Below, one piece after another: positions 1 through 11,900 of a stretch of 64,000 nt of DNA. Under the pieces are notes generated by a model. It made no database searches. It had not been told where the DNA came from and saw only the letters and a list, made by a program, of their open reading frames with translations. Numbering within the stretch: position 1 is the first letter of the stretch; each line of letters opens with the position of its first letter. Source of the stretch: Mobula hypostoma (Eukaryota); assembly GCF_963921235.1 (NCBI RefSeq), contig NC_086097.1, positions 93,188,001 through 93,252,000 on the forward strand, given 5' to 3'. Position numbers and translations under genes: made by a program.

Positions 1-296
1 TTTAATCCTCTACTGTCACGAGGCATCAGGACTGGGACAGCCACACTGCATAGCAGCTTCTTCCCTCAGGCCGTGAGACTAACGAGTACCCTGTCACCAC
101 CAAGGTCTCATCACTAGGACAAAGAGTTGTTTACTGTTTACCTATATTTTATTAACTGATTTGTTGTCATATTTTGGTGTATGTGCTGTGTGTGACAGTT
201 GTTTTGCAAGTGAACAGTGGTCCCGAGGAACGTGGTTTTCTTTGGTTGTATATATGTACAGTCAGATGACAATAATCTTGAACTTGAAGTTGAACT
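1..296 (+). mobile_element. 3' end of a Rex1/Babar-type LINE
   Basis: Encodes the C-terminal motif SFFPQAVRL (agcttcttccctcaggccgtgagacta), then a T-rich 3' UTR and a (CTTGAA)-like tail at ~277-296. Confidence 0.6.
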
Positions 297-519
297 ATTC
301 AAGCCAATTGCCTTGTTAATTATCTCGAAGCCTTTATTTCATTTTCATTTAGTTCAACCTCCTGTTAAGTTTGTTACTGAATATGCTTTCCCACCCACTG
401 GGACCACATCTACCAGATCAATGTGGAATTAGTCCTCCCCAGTGTCCCTCTCTGGGGGATCAGCTTTTCTGCATTGGGTGCTGTGCAAAGAACTGTTTAG
501 GGAGATTAAGTAAAAGAAC

Positions 520-2705
520 CCCCAGGGGCTAATGATCATAATATGATCAAATTCACCACAAATTTGAGAAGGAGAAGCTGAAGTCAGATATATCGGTGGA
601 GTAAAGGGAATTACTTGGGCATGAGAGAGGATTTGGCCAGAATTGATTGGAAAGGAATGTGGCAGGGATGATGCAAAGCAACAATGGCTGGAATTTCTGG
701 AAGCTGTTCAGAAGGCACAGGATATATACATCCCAAGAAGGAAGAAGTATTCTAAAGGAAATACGACACAACTGTGGCTAATAAGAGAAGTCAAAGCCAA
801 CCTAAAAGCCAAAGAGAGGGCATATAATAGAGCAAAAATTTGTGGGAAGTTAGAGGATTGGGAACCTTTTAAAAACCAATAGAAGGCAGCTAAAAAAGTT
901 ATTAAGAAGGTAAAGGTGGAATGCAAAAGTAAGCTAGCTAATAATATTAAAGAGGATACCAAAAGTTCCTTCAGATACATAAAGTGTAAAAGAGAGGTGA
1001 GGGTGGATATCAGAATGCTGGAAAATGATGCTGGAGAGGTAGTAATGGGGGACAAGGAAATGGTGGACATATTTTGCATCAGGCATCACTGTGGAAGACA
1101 CTCGTAGTATTTTGGAAGTTCCAGATGTCAGGGGTCAAGAATTATGTGAAGTTACCATTACAAGAGAGAAGGATCTTGGGAAACTGAAAAGCCTGAAGGT
1201 AGATAAGTCACCTGGACCAGATGGTGTACACCTCAGGGTTCTGAAGGAGGTGGCTGAAGAGGTTGTGGAGGCATTAGTAATGATTTCTCAAGAATCATTA
1301 GATTCTGGAATGGTTCTGGCAGACTGGAAAATTACAAATGTCACTCCACTCTTCAAGAAGGGAGAGAGGCAGAAGAAAGGAAATTATAGGCTGGTTAGTC
1401 TGACCTCAGTAGCTGGAATGATTTTGGAGTCGATTACTAAGGATGAGGTCTCAGGGTACTTGGAGGCACATGATAAAATAGGCCGTAATCAGCATGGTTT
1501 TCTCAAGGAGAAATCTTGCCTGACAAATCCATTTGAATTCTTTGAACAAGCAGGATAGACAAAGGAGAATTGGTTGATGTGGTGTAGTTGGATTTTCAGA
1601 AGGCCTTTGACAAGGTGTCACACATAAGGCTGCTTAACAAGCTATGAGCCCAAGGCATTACAGGAAAGATTCTTGCGTAAATAAAGCAGTGGCCAATTGG
1701 CAGGAGGCAAAGAGTGGGAATAGAAGGAGCCTTTTCTGGTGGTTTTCCACAGGGGTCTGTGTTGGGACCGATTCTTTTTACGTTATATGTCAATGATTTG
1801 GATGATGGAATTGTTGGTTTTGTTGCGAAGTTTGCAGATGATATGAAGATAGGTGGAAGGGTGGGTAGTTCTGAGGAAGTAGGGATGCTACAGAAGGAAT
1901 TGGAGAGATTAGGAGAATGGACAAAGAAATGGCAGATGGAATACAGTGTCAGGAAGTGTTTGGTCATGTACTTTTGCAGAAGAAATAAAAGGGTTGACTA
2001 TTTTCAAAACTGGAGAGAAAATACAGAAAAAGCAGAGGGCAAAGGGACTTGGGGACTTGGAAGTCCTTGTGCAGGATTCCCTATTGGTTAATTTGCAGGT
2101 TGGGTCTGTTGTGAGGAAGGCAACTGCAATGTTAACATTCATTTCAAGAGAACCAGAATATAAAAGCAAGGATGTAATATTGAGACTTTATAAAGCACTG
2201 GTGAGGCCTCACTTGGAGTATAGTGAGCAGTTCCTGGCCCCATATCTTAAAAAGGATGTGCTGAAACTGGAGAGTATTCAAGGGAGTTTCAGAACAATGA
2301 TTCCAGGATTGAATGGCTTGTCATATGAAGAGTATTTGAAGGCTATGGGCCTGTATTCACAAGAACTCAGAGGAATGAGGGGTGACCTCATTGAAACTTA
2401 TCAAATGGCGAAAGGCCTTGTCAGAGTGGATGTGGAGAGGATGTTTTCTATGATAGGAGAGTCTAAAACCAGAGGACACAGGCTTGGAATAGAGGAGCAT
2501 CCTTTTAGAACAGAGATGACGATAAATTTGCCACAGGCAGTTGTGGACACAAAGGTTGATAGATTATTGATTGGTCAGGGCATGAAGGAATACAAGGAGA
2601 AGGCAGGAGATTGGGGCTGAGAGAAAAATTGGATCAACCATGATGAAATGGTGGAGCAGATTCAATGGCCAAACAACTGAATTCTGCTCCTATATCTTGT
2701 GGTTT
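520..2705 (+). mobile_element. CR1-clade LINE, decayed 5'-truncated ORF2 (RT) with 3' UTR
   Basis: Frameshifted ORF pieces carry KSPGPDG, NYRLVSLTS, QHGF, PQGSVLGP, FADD and LYKALVRPHLEY. Confidence 0.88.
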
Positions 2706-2719
2706 CATGAGCCTGCATT

Positions 2720-4420
2720 GGGGCCATAGCCCTCCATACCCCTACTATCAAAACTTCTCTTAAGCGTTGAAAATGAGTTTGCATGCACCACTTGTGCTGA
2801 CAGCTCATTCCACATTCTCAGGACTCTCTGAGTGAAGAAGTTTCCCCTCATGTTCACCTTTCACTCTTAACCAATTACCTGTTTGTAATCCCACCCAACC
2901 TCAGTGGAAACAACCTGCTTGCATTTGCCCTTTCTATACCTCTCATAATTTTGTCTACCACTATCCAATCTCCTCTCAATCTTCTACATTCTAAAGAATA
3001 TAGCCCTGATCTATTCAGGTCACCCGCCTACAAGAAGAATGTAAATAAGGCTGAAAGAGTGCAGAGAAAATTTATAAGGATGTTGCTGTGTCTGGAGGAG
3101 CTGAGCTTTTAACATCCTTATAAATTTTCTCTGCACTCTTTCAGCCTTATTTACATTCTTCTTGTAGGCAGCTGACCTAAACTGCATACAATACTCCAAA
3201 TTAGGCCTCACCAATGTCTTATACAACTTCAGCCTAATGTCCCATCTTCTGGACTCAATACATTGATTTATGAAGGCCAATGTGCCAAAAGCTTCTTTAC
3301 AGCCCTGTCTACCTGCAACACCGCTTTCAACAAATTATGTTCCTGTATTCCCAGATCTCTTTGTTCTGCCACACTCCTCAGTGCCCTACCATTCACTGTG
3401 TAATACCTACCCTAATGGGTCCTACAGACGTTCAGCACCTCGCACTTGTCTGCATTAAATTCCATCTCCTGTTTTTCGGTCCACTTCTCCAGCTGGTGCA
3501 GATCCCAATGCAAGCCATGATAGCCCTCCTCACTGTCCACCACCACCACCCCAATCTTGGTGCTGATCCAGTTAACCACATTATCATCTAGATCATTAAT
3601 ATAGATGACAAATAACAAAGGACTTAGCACTAATCCCTGCAGCACACAGACCTCCAATCAGAGAGGCAACCTTCTACTACCACTCTTTGGCTTCTCCCTC
3701 AAAGCCAATGTCTAATGCAATTTACTATTCCATCCTGAATGCTGAAAGACTGAACCCGCTTGACCAGCATGCTATGTGGGACCTTGTCAGATGCCTTTCT
3801 AAGCTCCATGTAGACAACACCCACTGCCCTGCCTTCATCCGCTTTCCTGGTAACTTCCTCAAAAAATTCTATAAGATGGGTTTGACCTACCATGCAAAAA
3901 GCCAGGCTGACTGTTGTTAATCAGCCCATGTCTATCCAAATACATATACATCCAGTCCCTTAGAATACCTTCCAATAACTTTCCCACAACTGATGTCAGA
4001 CTCACTGGCCTGTGATTTCCTGGTTTCTGTTTAGAGACTTTTTTAAACAGTGGAACAACATTGGCAATCCTCCAATCCTTTGGTACCTCTCCTGTAACTA
4101 AGGATGTTTTGAATATCTATGCTAGGGTCCCAGCAATTTTTCACTTGCCTCCCTTAGGGTACGAAGGAACACTTTGTCAGGCCCTGGGGATTTATCTACC
4201 CTGATTTGCCTCAGGGTAGCAAACATCTCCTCCTCTGTAATCTGTACAGGGTCCATGAAGTTGATGCCAGTTTTGCCTCACTTTTATAGACTCTGTGTCT
4301 GTCTCCCGAGTAAATACAAATGTAAAGGATTCATTTAAGATCTCCCCCATCTGTTTTGGCTCCACACACAGATTACCATTCCAGTCTTCCAGAGGACCAA
4401 TTTTGTCCCTTACAATCTCT
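2720..4420 (-). mobile_element. CR1-clade LINE, decayed ORF2 fragment
   Basis: Minus-strand pieces LIEFFEEVT, DKVPH, QGLVLSPLLFVIYINDLD and LYKTLVRPNLEYC. Confidence 0.82.
3026..3169. repeat. Perfect 59-bp inverted repeat with a 26-nt spacer
   Basis: 3026-3084 is the exact reverse complement of 3111-3169 (checked base by base). Confidence 0.95.
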
Positions 4421-4439
4421 GCTTTTGATGTCCTTAACT

Positions 4440-4545
4440 GTTCCAAATAAGCCCAACCCAAGCCAAAGGAACTGTGCCTCATCATCCAGCTAGGAATGGC
4501 ACAATTCCAGTGACTCAATACCAATTTCAAAAATTTCAGATAACC
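4440..4545 (+). mobile_element. Old Penelope-like fragment (end of GIY-YIG domain)
   Basis: Degenerate match to the EEQHLIFRLG..QP.G.NI.F.NFR* terminus seen in better-preserved form at ~17980-18058 and ~24050-24125. Confidence 0.45.
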
Positions 4546-4669
4546 AACCTACCCTGTTCATCTCCTGCAGATTCATAACTTCTGATGATTCATCTGACCA
4601 CTCCCCTCTCTCCTGCCCTCTCCCACAGTCTCTCTCCTGCTGTGTATTTTTAATTCCTAGATGTTCCAT

Positions 4670-5200
4670 TGATTATGGTGCATGGGATCATGGAGAATTG
4701 GTAGATTGGATTTAAAACTGGCTTGGCCAGAGGAGTCAGGTGATAGTGGTGGAGAGGTATTATTCTGATTGGAGGTCTATGACCAGGGGTGTTCCACAAG
4801 AATCAGTGCTGAGACTTCTGTTGTTTGTGATAAATGTAGATAATTTGGCTGGAAGTGTAGGTACGTTTGCAGACAAAACGAAAACTGGTGGAGCTGTGAA
4901 TAATGAGGAGGGTTCTCAAAGGATCCAGAGCAGAGTACGTGGAACAGGCCCTTTGTCTCACAATGTTGTGCGGAACTAATTAATCTAATGACGCCTTATT
5001 GAACTAATCCCTTCTGCTTGCAATGGGTTTAATCTGGGCATGTCTGAAATATTGTGCTCTGGGAGGTCAAAGTTAAGAGGAAAGTACAGAGGATTCTTAG
5101 GAGCACTGAGGTACAGAGGGGTATTGGGGTACAAGTCAATAGCTCTCTAAAAGTGGTAATGCAAGTAGAAAAAGACTGAAAGAGGGTATATAGCATACAG
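4670..5200 (+). mobile_element. CR1 RT fragment (old, interrupted)
   Basis: Contains GVPQESVL..LLFVI and FADKTK motifs. Confidence 0.65.
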
Positions 5201-5232
5201 TACTCTCTCAATATATATACATACATATATAT

Positions 5233-5732
5233 AAGTCCAACTCTTGGCCTTCACATGTGGCTGAGTTACTAGGCCCAGCGGAACTGTTTCTACTGACAAG
5301 AGAAGGGGCAAAGGCGGACCACTGGCATCTCAATACCAGTTGCTTTGGGCAGGTGGGGCTCGTCAGCCTCGGACGGCAGCCCAGCTAGGAGAAGGAAAAC
5401 TCTGATTTTAAACATCCGCTGCCTTGCAGCCATACCCACCCATGGGAAAGGCTTCGGGAGTAAACCCCGAGGAAGAAATCTGGAACTATGGTCCCTAAGG
5501 CAGTTTGATGTTGTTTACAACTTCACTCTGGCAACCTCTGTGACGACACTGGTGCCAAGCTGTATCAGTGCTTGCCCTTCCCTTGGGTGACACCAGAGAC
5601 ATGGAGAGGGGGATCCCACTGCATGTGCAACAGCCGTTTCTTCAAATCTTCCCGCCCAGGCTTGCGCCCTGGAGAGGACACAGTCCACCAGAGGTGCAAA
5701 CCCATGATCCCCTGGGATCGAAGGTTGCCTAC
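5233..5732 (+). mobile_element. Probable RTE-derived non-autonomous retroelement
   Basis: GC-richer block between (TA)n runs, containing ctaggagaaggaaaactctga, a motif I associate with RTE 5' UTRs. No coding signal. Confidence 0.4.
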
Positions 5733-5760
5733 TATATATAGACTTTTGCACAGTACTGTA

Positions 5761-6608
5761 CAGGTGCACATTCCTTCATCCGAAATTCTGAAATCCAAAA
5801 AGCTCTGAAAATCGAAGTTTTTTTCTCCAACAGCTGCCGTCACTCAGGTGTGACGTGGCAGCACTAGCAGAGGCCGCCAGACGGCAGTTATGGCTCAGCG
5901 CTCGTACTGGTTACACACGCATTTGCTGTTCGCTGATATTTTGTGTTCACTGTTGACTTTGTGTTTAATTTCACTGTGAAAATGTCAAAAAGAGCTGCAG
6001 ATACCCCTATGGGTAACAATGAGAAAACGAGAAGGAAGCATCTATCATTATCAATAACACAGAAAGTGGTGTTATTGCAGAAGCTTGATCGTGGTGTGTC
6101 TGTGCAGCATCTTACTGAAGAAAATAGTGTTGAAACTACCACTGTATATGATTTAAATAAACAGAAAGACAAGTTACTGAAGTTTTATAGTGGCAGTGAG
6201 AGTGATGTTCTACATTTATTCCAATAAGTCATTTACCATGTGTTTGATTCAGTTCATTTGAAGCTGTATATTTTTATGTTTTATTGAATGTTTTTGTTGG
6301 AAATAAATTTTTTTTCTTGTCATTATTCCCTAAACAATACAGTATAACAACTACTCACATAGCATTTACATTGTATTAGGTATTATAAGTGATCTAGAGA
6401 TGATATAAAGTATACAAGACGATGTGCATAGAGTTGGTGCGCCGCCGGGTCCTAAAGTCTACCGCACTGAGACAGGTTAAATAAGGGACTTGAGCATATG
6501 TGTTTTTCGGTATCGGTGGGGGCGGGGGGGGGGGTCTGAAATCTGAAAAATTCAGAATTCTGAAATGCAACTGGCCCCAAGGATTTTGGATATGGGATTG
6601 TGGACCTG
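5761..6608 (+). mobile_element. Internally deleted Tigger/pogo DNA transposon (Tigger4/Zombi-like)
   Basis: TA target duplication (5759-60, 6609-10). Imperfect TIRs: CAGGTGCACATTCCTTCATCCGAAA vs CAGGTCCACAATCCCATATCCAAAA (revcomp of right end). Truncated CENP-B/psq-type HTH from ATG 5982: MSKRAADTPMGNNEKTRRKHLSLSITQKVVLLQKLDRG...TTVYDLNKQKDKLLKFY. Confidence 0.85.
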
Positions 6609-7379
6609 TAGTAGTTTCATGTTTTGCACTGTGCTGCTGCAGCAAGAAAGAAACATACGGTAAAAAACCTGATTCTGATATGGGATTCTTTTCTGGGACA
6701 GTGGCAGGGAGAGGGGGATCATGTTTGGGAAAAGGGGAAGGGAGCAGGAAGGCAACAGGAAGCACCAGGGAGACATTCTGTAATGATCAATAAACCAATA
6801 GTTTGCACAGTATATAAAATGATGAGGGCAAAGACAGGGTAGATAGAGTCTTTTTCCCCAGGATGGAAATACCAAATGTTAGAAGGCATTGCTTTAAGCG
6901 GAGATGGGGAAAGTTTAAAGATTTATTAAGCAAGTTTTTTTTTCACGGAAAGTCCAAGATGCCTGGAATATGCTGTGAGGGGAAGTGGTGCAAGCAAGTA
7001 CAACAGCAACAATTAGACAGATGGGAAATTTGGGAAATAGATCACGTAGGCAGATATGCAGTTTGAATTGCACTGTGAGTTGAAAAGACGTGTTCCTGTG
7101 TTGTACATGCCTATGTTCTTCTATAGATTTATAATCTCCTCACCCCTCCCCTAAACTCATCTTCCTCTTGATTCCTAAGCAGCTGTAGGCTGTAGCTGTT
7201 CTGTGTAATTTTTATTGCCACAGATGTGTGCAAAAGAGTAGTCTTTGACCTACCCAGATAACATTGTATAGTGAATAAAGGTTGAACACTGCAGGAGTCC
7301 TCTGGACAATGTCAGGTTGTGGTGAGGACACGGGACATCAAAATGACCTTAGTGATATAAAGCTAGCTTCTGGGTCACT

Positions 7380-7512
7380 GTGGTACAGCAGAAGATAGCC
7401 CTCCACAAAATACGCAAAACGTCTCTTATCACCAGCAGGAGTCAATCTCCATCAGCACAGGAGCCCCACAAGTCTGTGTGCCTAGACCCCTGCTCTTCTC
7501 ACTTTATACTTG
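7380..7512 (+). mobile_element. Rex1/Babar LINE RT fragment, left part (split by Gypsy insertion)
   Basis: Reads STGAPQVCVPRPLLFSLYT; the frame resumes at 20501 as CDCMAEHSSNAIFKFADSTT. Confidence 0.75.
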
Positions 7513-8061
7513 TGTAACGCTCTGTAAGGTTTCATTGCTAAGGTAATGTTTTCTCTGTAGCAGCAATGTTTGGGTTATGACTAGAGATAAAGGCGGCTTT
7601 GGAATGCATGCTAGGCAATGAGAGGCAAGTTGTTCTTCCTTGTGTGTCTGGGAGCAGGGATTTTGCGGTCTTTTGTCGGTGAGAGATGACGAGATGAGAC
7701 GCGATTGGAAAGAGTTGGTGGACCGCTGGACGGAGTGGACTCGGATCGAGGGTCCGATGGTCAACGACGCTCGAAGGAGGTCGAGGGGGGTCGAATGGAC
7801 GATTCCGTGAGCTCCAACGTGCACTTTAGACTGTTTCATTAAAATGGGCCCGTTTTCTTTTTATTTTCTTTACTAACCCTATAGTTAGATCAAGATTTAT
7901 AAAGTTCAGTCTATTATTGCATACAGTGTACTGTCTGATATTTTGCAGTTCGGATTTGTAACCATCATGCAGCATCCACACAAATGAGATTTCTCAGTTT
8001 GGCTGGGCCAGAGGCTGTCTTACCCTTGACAAACGCATGCTGGCCGAACCTCAGGGTTACA
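7513..8061 (+). repeat. 5' LTR of Gypsy element 1
   Basis: TGTAAC...GTTACA termini; homologous to 19379-20500 once the MITE is removed. A degenerate, possibly tRNA-Pro-type PBS follows (tgtggggatattgttccaggaat). Confidence 0.9.
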
Positions 8062-8157
8062 ATTGTGGGGATATTGTTCCAGGAATGATTCTGTTGGATG
8101 CTGTGTGATTGCCCTGAGCACTCAACCAGTGGGTTGTGTGTTTAAGTCTGTGCTGGT

Positions 8158-8984
8158 ATGGATGATGGTGGGATGGAGCTCTGGTTTGCCTCCATGGGGT
8201 TACCAATAACTAATGCGTGTGTGTTGAGTGGGGTGAATATTCATACCCCGGATGAATTGTTAATTGGATTTTTGAGTATGGTTAAAGCTGTTGGCAAAGT
8301 TGCGGTTGTAGCACAGAGATTTGATAAAATGGTGGGCTCAGACCTTGTTTTAGTTCAGACTGGCGCTGATGTAACAGGGGAGGAACTGCCCGCTTCTATC
8401 GGTGTCCCAGGTGAGGCAGGGCCATGGACTGCCCATACCGTCAGGGAGGAGGGGAGTGTAGCGGAGCAGGCCAAGTCACAAGTCCAGCTTCCCGTAGCTG
8501 GAGACTTCACAGGCAGGGTTCTATCGTTTCTGAGGAATGAGGGGAAGGATTGGTCGGATTTGGAATGTCTAATTAGTCCCCGTCCCCCAGTGAAAAGTGA
8601 GAATTTTGAGGTAGTATCCGCTCTTCCCTCTCTGGCGAGTAAATGGAAAAATGCCCAGGTTCAAAGTCCCTGCTATTGGTAGGCTCCGCCTGTTCTCTGG
8701 AATAACACCCACCCCTAAAGGGGAAGAGGAGCATGAGACTTGGGCGGAGAAGACCTCTCAGTTGTTAGATGAGTGGCAGTGCCCTGGTGACATAAGGCGA
8801 CAGAGATTGGTTGAAAGTTTGAGTGGGCAGGCCGCTGATATGGTGAGAGCTGTGAAAACACACTAACCCTTAGTTAGCATTGCTGATTATCTGAGCGCAT
8901 TGGAGAGCACCTTTGGTACGACAGGGAGCCACTGGAGTTCATGGTGGGGTTTCAGAACATGCGTCAGGAGAAGAGATGAAAGTT
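8158..8984 (+). pseudogene. PNMA/Ma-type gag remnant of Gypsy element 1
   Basis: RLRLFSGITPTPKGEEEHETWAEKTSQLLDEWQC...RRQRLVESLSGQA matches the PNMA-family capsid signature; broken by stops and frameshifts. Confidence 0.85.
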
Positions 8985-11900
8985 CTTTCTTTCTTTTTCC
9001 AATATTTTTATTAAATTTAAATTTCATGTACACAAATACAGAATTCATAAGGATACTTATAAATCAAAAGAAGATAGCACAAAATGCACTATATATAAAT
9101 CACAGTGATACAATCACTGTATCCCATATTCATGATCAATCAAATAAAATAAATTGAATTATGAAATACAATAATATGGTTAATTATATTATTAAAAAAT
9201 CTACACCCACTACCAAGACAAAGCTGATTGGTAAAAAAACGAAAGAAAAAAAAGAGTACTTTACCATATAATGTTTTATAATAATAGCCCAGGTCTATAT
9301 CTTAATAACAATAACAATTCAAAGATTTTCAAAATAGTTCAGAAAGGGTCGCCATAGCATTTGAAAATCTTGATTTGAATCAGAAATCGAGCAACGAATC
9401 TTCTCTAAATTTAAACTTGACATAACATCGCATAACCACTGAGCATGTATGTGGGGGGGGGGGGCAACCTCCTTCCACTTAAGCAAGATCGCCCTCCTAG
9501 CCATAAGAGAAATAAAAGCCAGCACCCGCAAATGAAAAGGCTCCAAAATTATAGCTCTTTCCTCAACAATACCAAATGAGGCAGTCAAAGGATTGGGCTT
9601 AAAACTAACTTTAAAAAAAATACAGAAAAAGTTTGGAATACATCTTTCCAATACTTTTCAAGGCTCGAACATGACCAGAACATATGAACTAATGAAGCCT
9701 CACCATTATTACATCTGTCACAATAAGGAGGTATATCTGCACGAAGATGAGAGAGCTTGTCTTTAGACATATGAGCCTTATGTACCACTTTAAATTGTAG
9801 GAGAGAATGACGAGCACATAATGATGAAGAATTAACCATTTTGAAAATAGCCCTCCAGGTCTCATCAGATAATGAAGTCTGTAAATCCTTTTCCCAATCT
9901 TTTTTTAATTTTGTCTAAGGGAGCCATTCTCAGTCCCAACAACAGACCGTAAATATAAGATATTGAGCCATTATCAAAAGGTTTCAAATTAAAAATTACA
10001 TCTATTATGTTCTTATCCAGGCTGGCAGGAAATATATGTAGTTTAGATCTTAAGAAATCTCTAATCTGTAGATATCTGAAAAAGTGGGTATTTGATAAGT
10101 TATATTTCACTGAGAGCTGCTCTAATGAAGAAAGGTCCCTCCAGCAAACAGATCCTGAAATCGTTTAATGCCTAATCTATCCCATTCTCTAAAAAACAGA
10201 TCAGTCATAGATAGTTTTAAAAAAATTAGAAAAAAAGGACTAGAAAGAGAAAATCTCAATAAACCAAAATATTTTCTAAACTGTAGCTAGATCCTCAAAG
10301 TGTGTTTAACCACCAAACTGTCAGTTCATTTATTTAAAGATAAAGGAAGAGAGGATCCGAGAAGAGAAATAATAGAAAATTTCGTAACAGAGTTGGCTTC
10401 CAAAAAGACCCATATTGGTCAATCCTCGCAATTAATATAATATAACCAGAACATAAGATTTCGTATGTTAATTGCCCAGTAATATAACCTAAAATTGGGT
10501 AGAGCAAGGCCTCCATTCTTTTTAATTTTTTATTGGTGGGCTTTATTTAATCGGGGTTTCTGTTCTTCCATAATAGGAAGAAAGAATCGAATCTAAAGAA
10601 TCAAAAAAATAAAAGCAGGTACAGCTTGAAAATGGTATATAAATTTAGGTAAAATATTCATTTTAATAGAATTAATTCCCCCAATCAATGATAAAGAGAG
10701 AGGCGACCAATTAAAAAGTGTCTTTTTCACATAATTCGTTAAGGTTAGAAAATTTTCTTTGAATAGATCTTTACAATTCTTAGTGATTATTACACCAAAT
10801 ATGTAAATTGTTTTCTTACAATTTTAAAAGGAAGGTTAATATCGGTTGGTATCAAATTATTTAAAGGAAACAATTCACTCTTATGTAAATTCAATTTATA
10901 TCCTGAAAACTGACTAAAATTAGTCAGTAAAAGAAACATAGAGGGTAAAGAAGTTGTAACATTAGATACAAAAAGCAATAGGTCAACAGCATAAAGCGAG
11001 ACTTTATGAATAGTTCCTTTCCTTAAGATACCGGTGATATCTTTAGACCCTCGAAAAGCAATTGCTGAAGGTTCTAATATCAAATCAAAAAGCAAAGGGC
11101 TCAACGGATATCCTCGTCTGGTTCCACGTTGGAGTTTAATTGGTTTAGAATTCTGAAAGTTAGTAAGGAACCGAGTGGAGGGAGATAAGTAAACTAATTT
11201 AATCCAAAGAATAAAATTGGGCCCAAAATTAAATTTTTCTAAGGTTTTAAATAAGTAATTCCATTCAACTCGATCAAAAGCCTTCTCACATCCAGAGAAA
11301 TCACACATTCTGATATTTCCTTGGATGGAGAATGCACAACATTTAACAAATGCTGTATATTAAAATGGGAATATTGATTTTTAATAAATCCTGTCTGATC
11401 ATCAGATATTATAGAAGGTATAATATTCTCAAGTCTACGGGCCAAAACTTTAGATAGGATCTTAGCATCAACATTGAGTAAAGAGATTGGTCTATATGAA
11501 GAGCGTTCAGTGGGATTCTTATTCTTTTTAAGAATAAGGGAAATGGAAGCTTCATAAAAAGACTCTGGCAATCTACCCACCTTAAGGGAATCAGTAAGGG
11601 TAGAACATAAATAAGGTATAAGCAGTGAAGAAAAAGCCTTATAAAATTCTCCAGGGAATCTGTCAGGTCCTGGAGATTTCCCAGAATGCAATGAACATAT
11701 AGCCTCAGTGATTTCCTCCTGAGAAATAGGTTGATCCAACTGCTTTGGATTATCAACCAGAAGTCCAGGAATATTTAATTGATCTAAAAAATTGTTCATT
11801 ATCTTTAACAAAATCAGAACTATACAGTTTAGAATAAAATTCTCTAAAAGTGTCATTTATTTCAAAATGGTCAGTTGTTAAATCACTATTGATTTTGCGA

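Noticed and set aside
5943..6227. Jerky/JRKL/TIGD host gene
   Set aside because: Only the N-terminal HTH is present, and it lies inside TIRs with a TA TSD.
8158..8866. Domesticated PNMA gene
   Set aside because: Interrupted by stops and frameshifts and enclosed by LTRs with a TSD.
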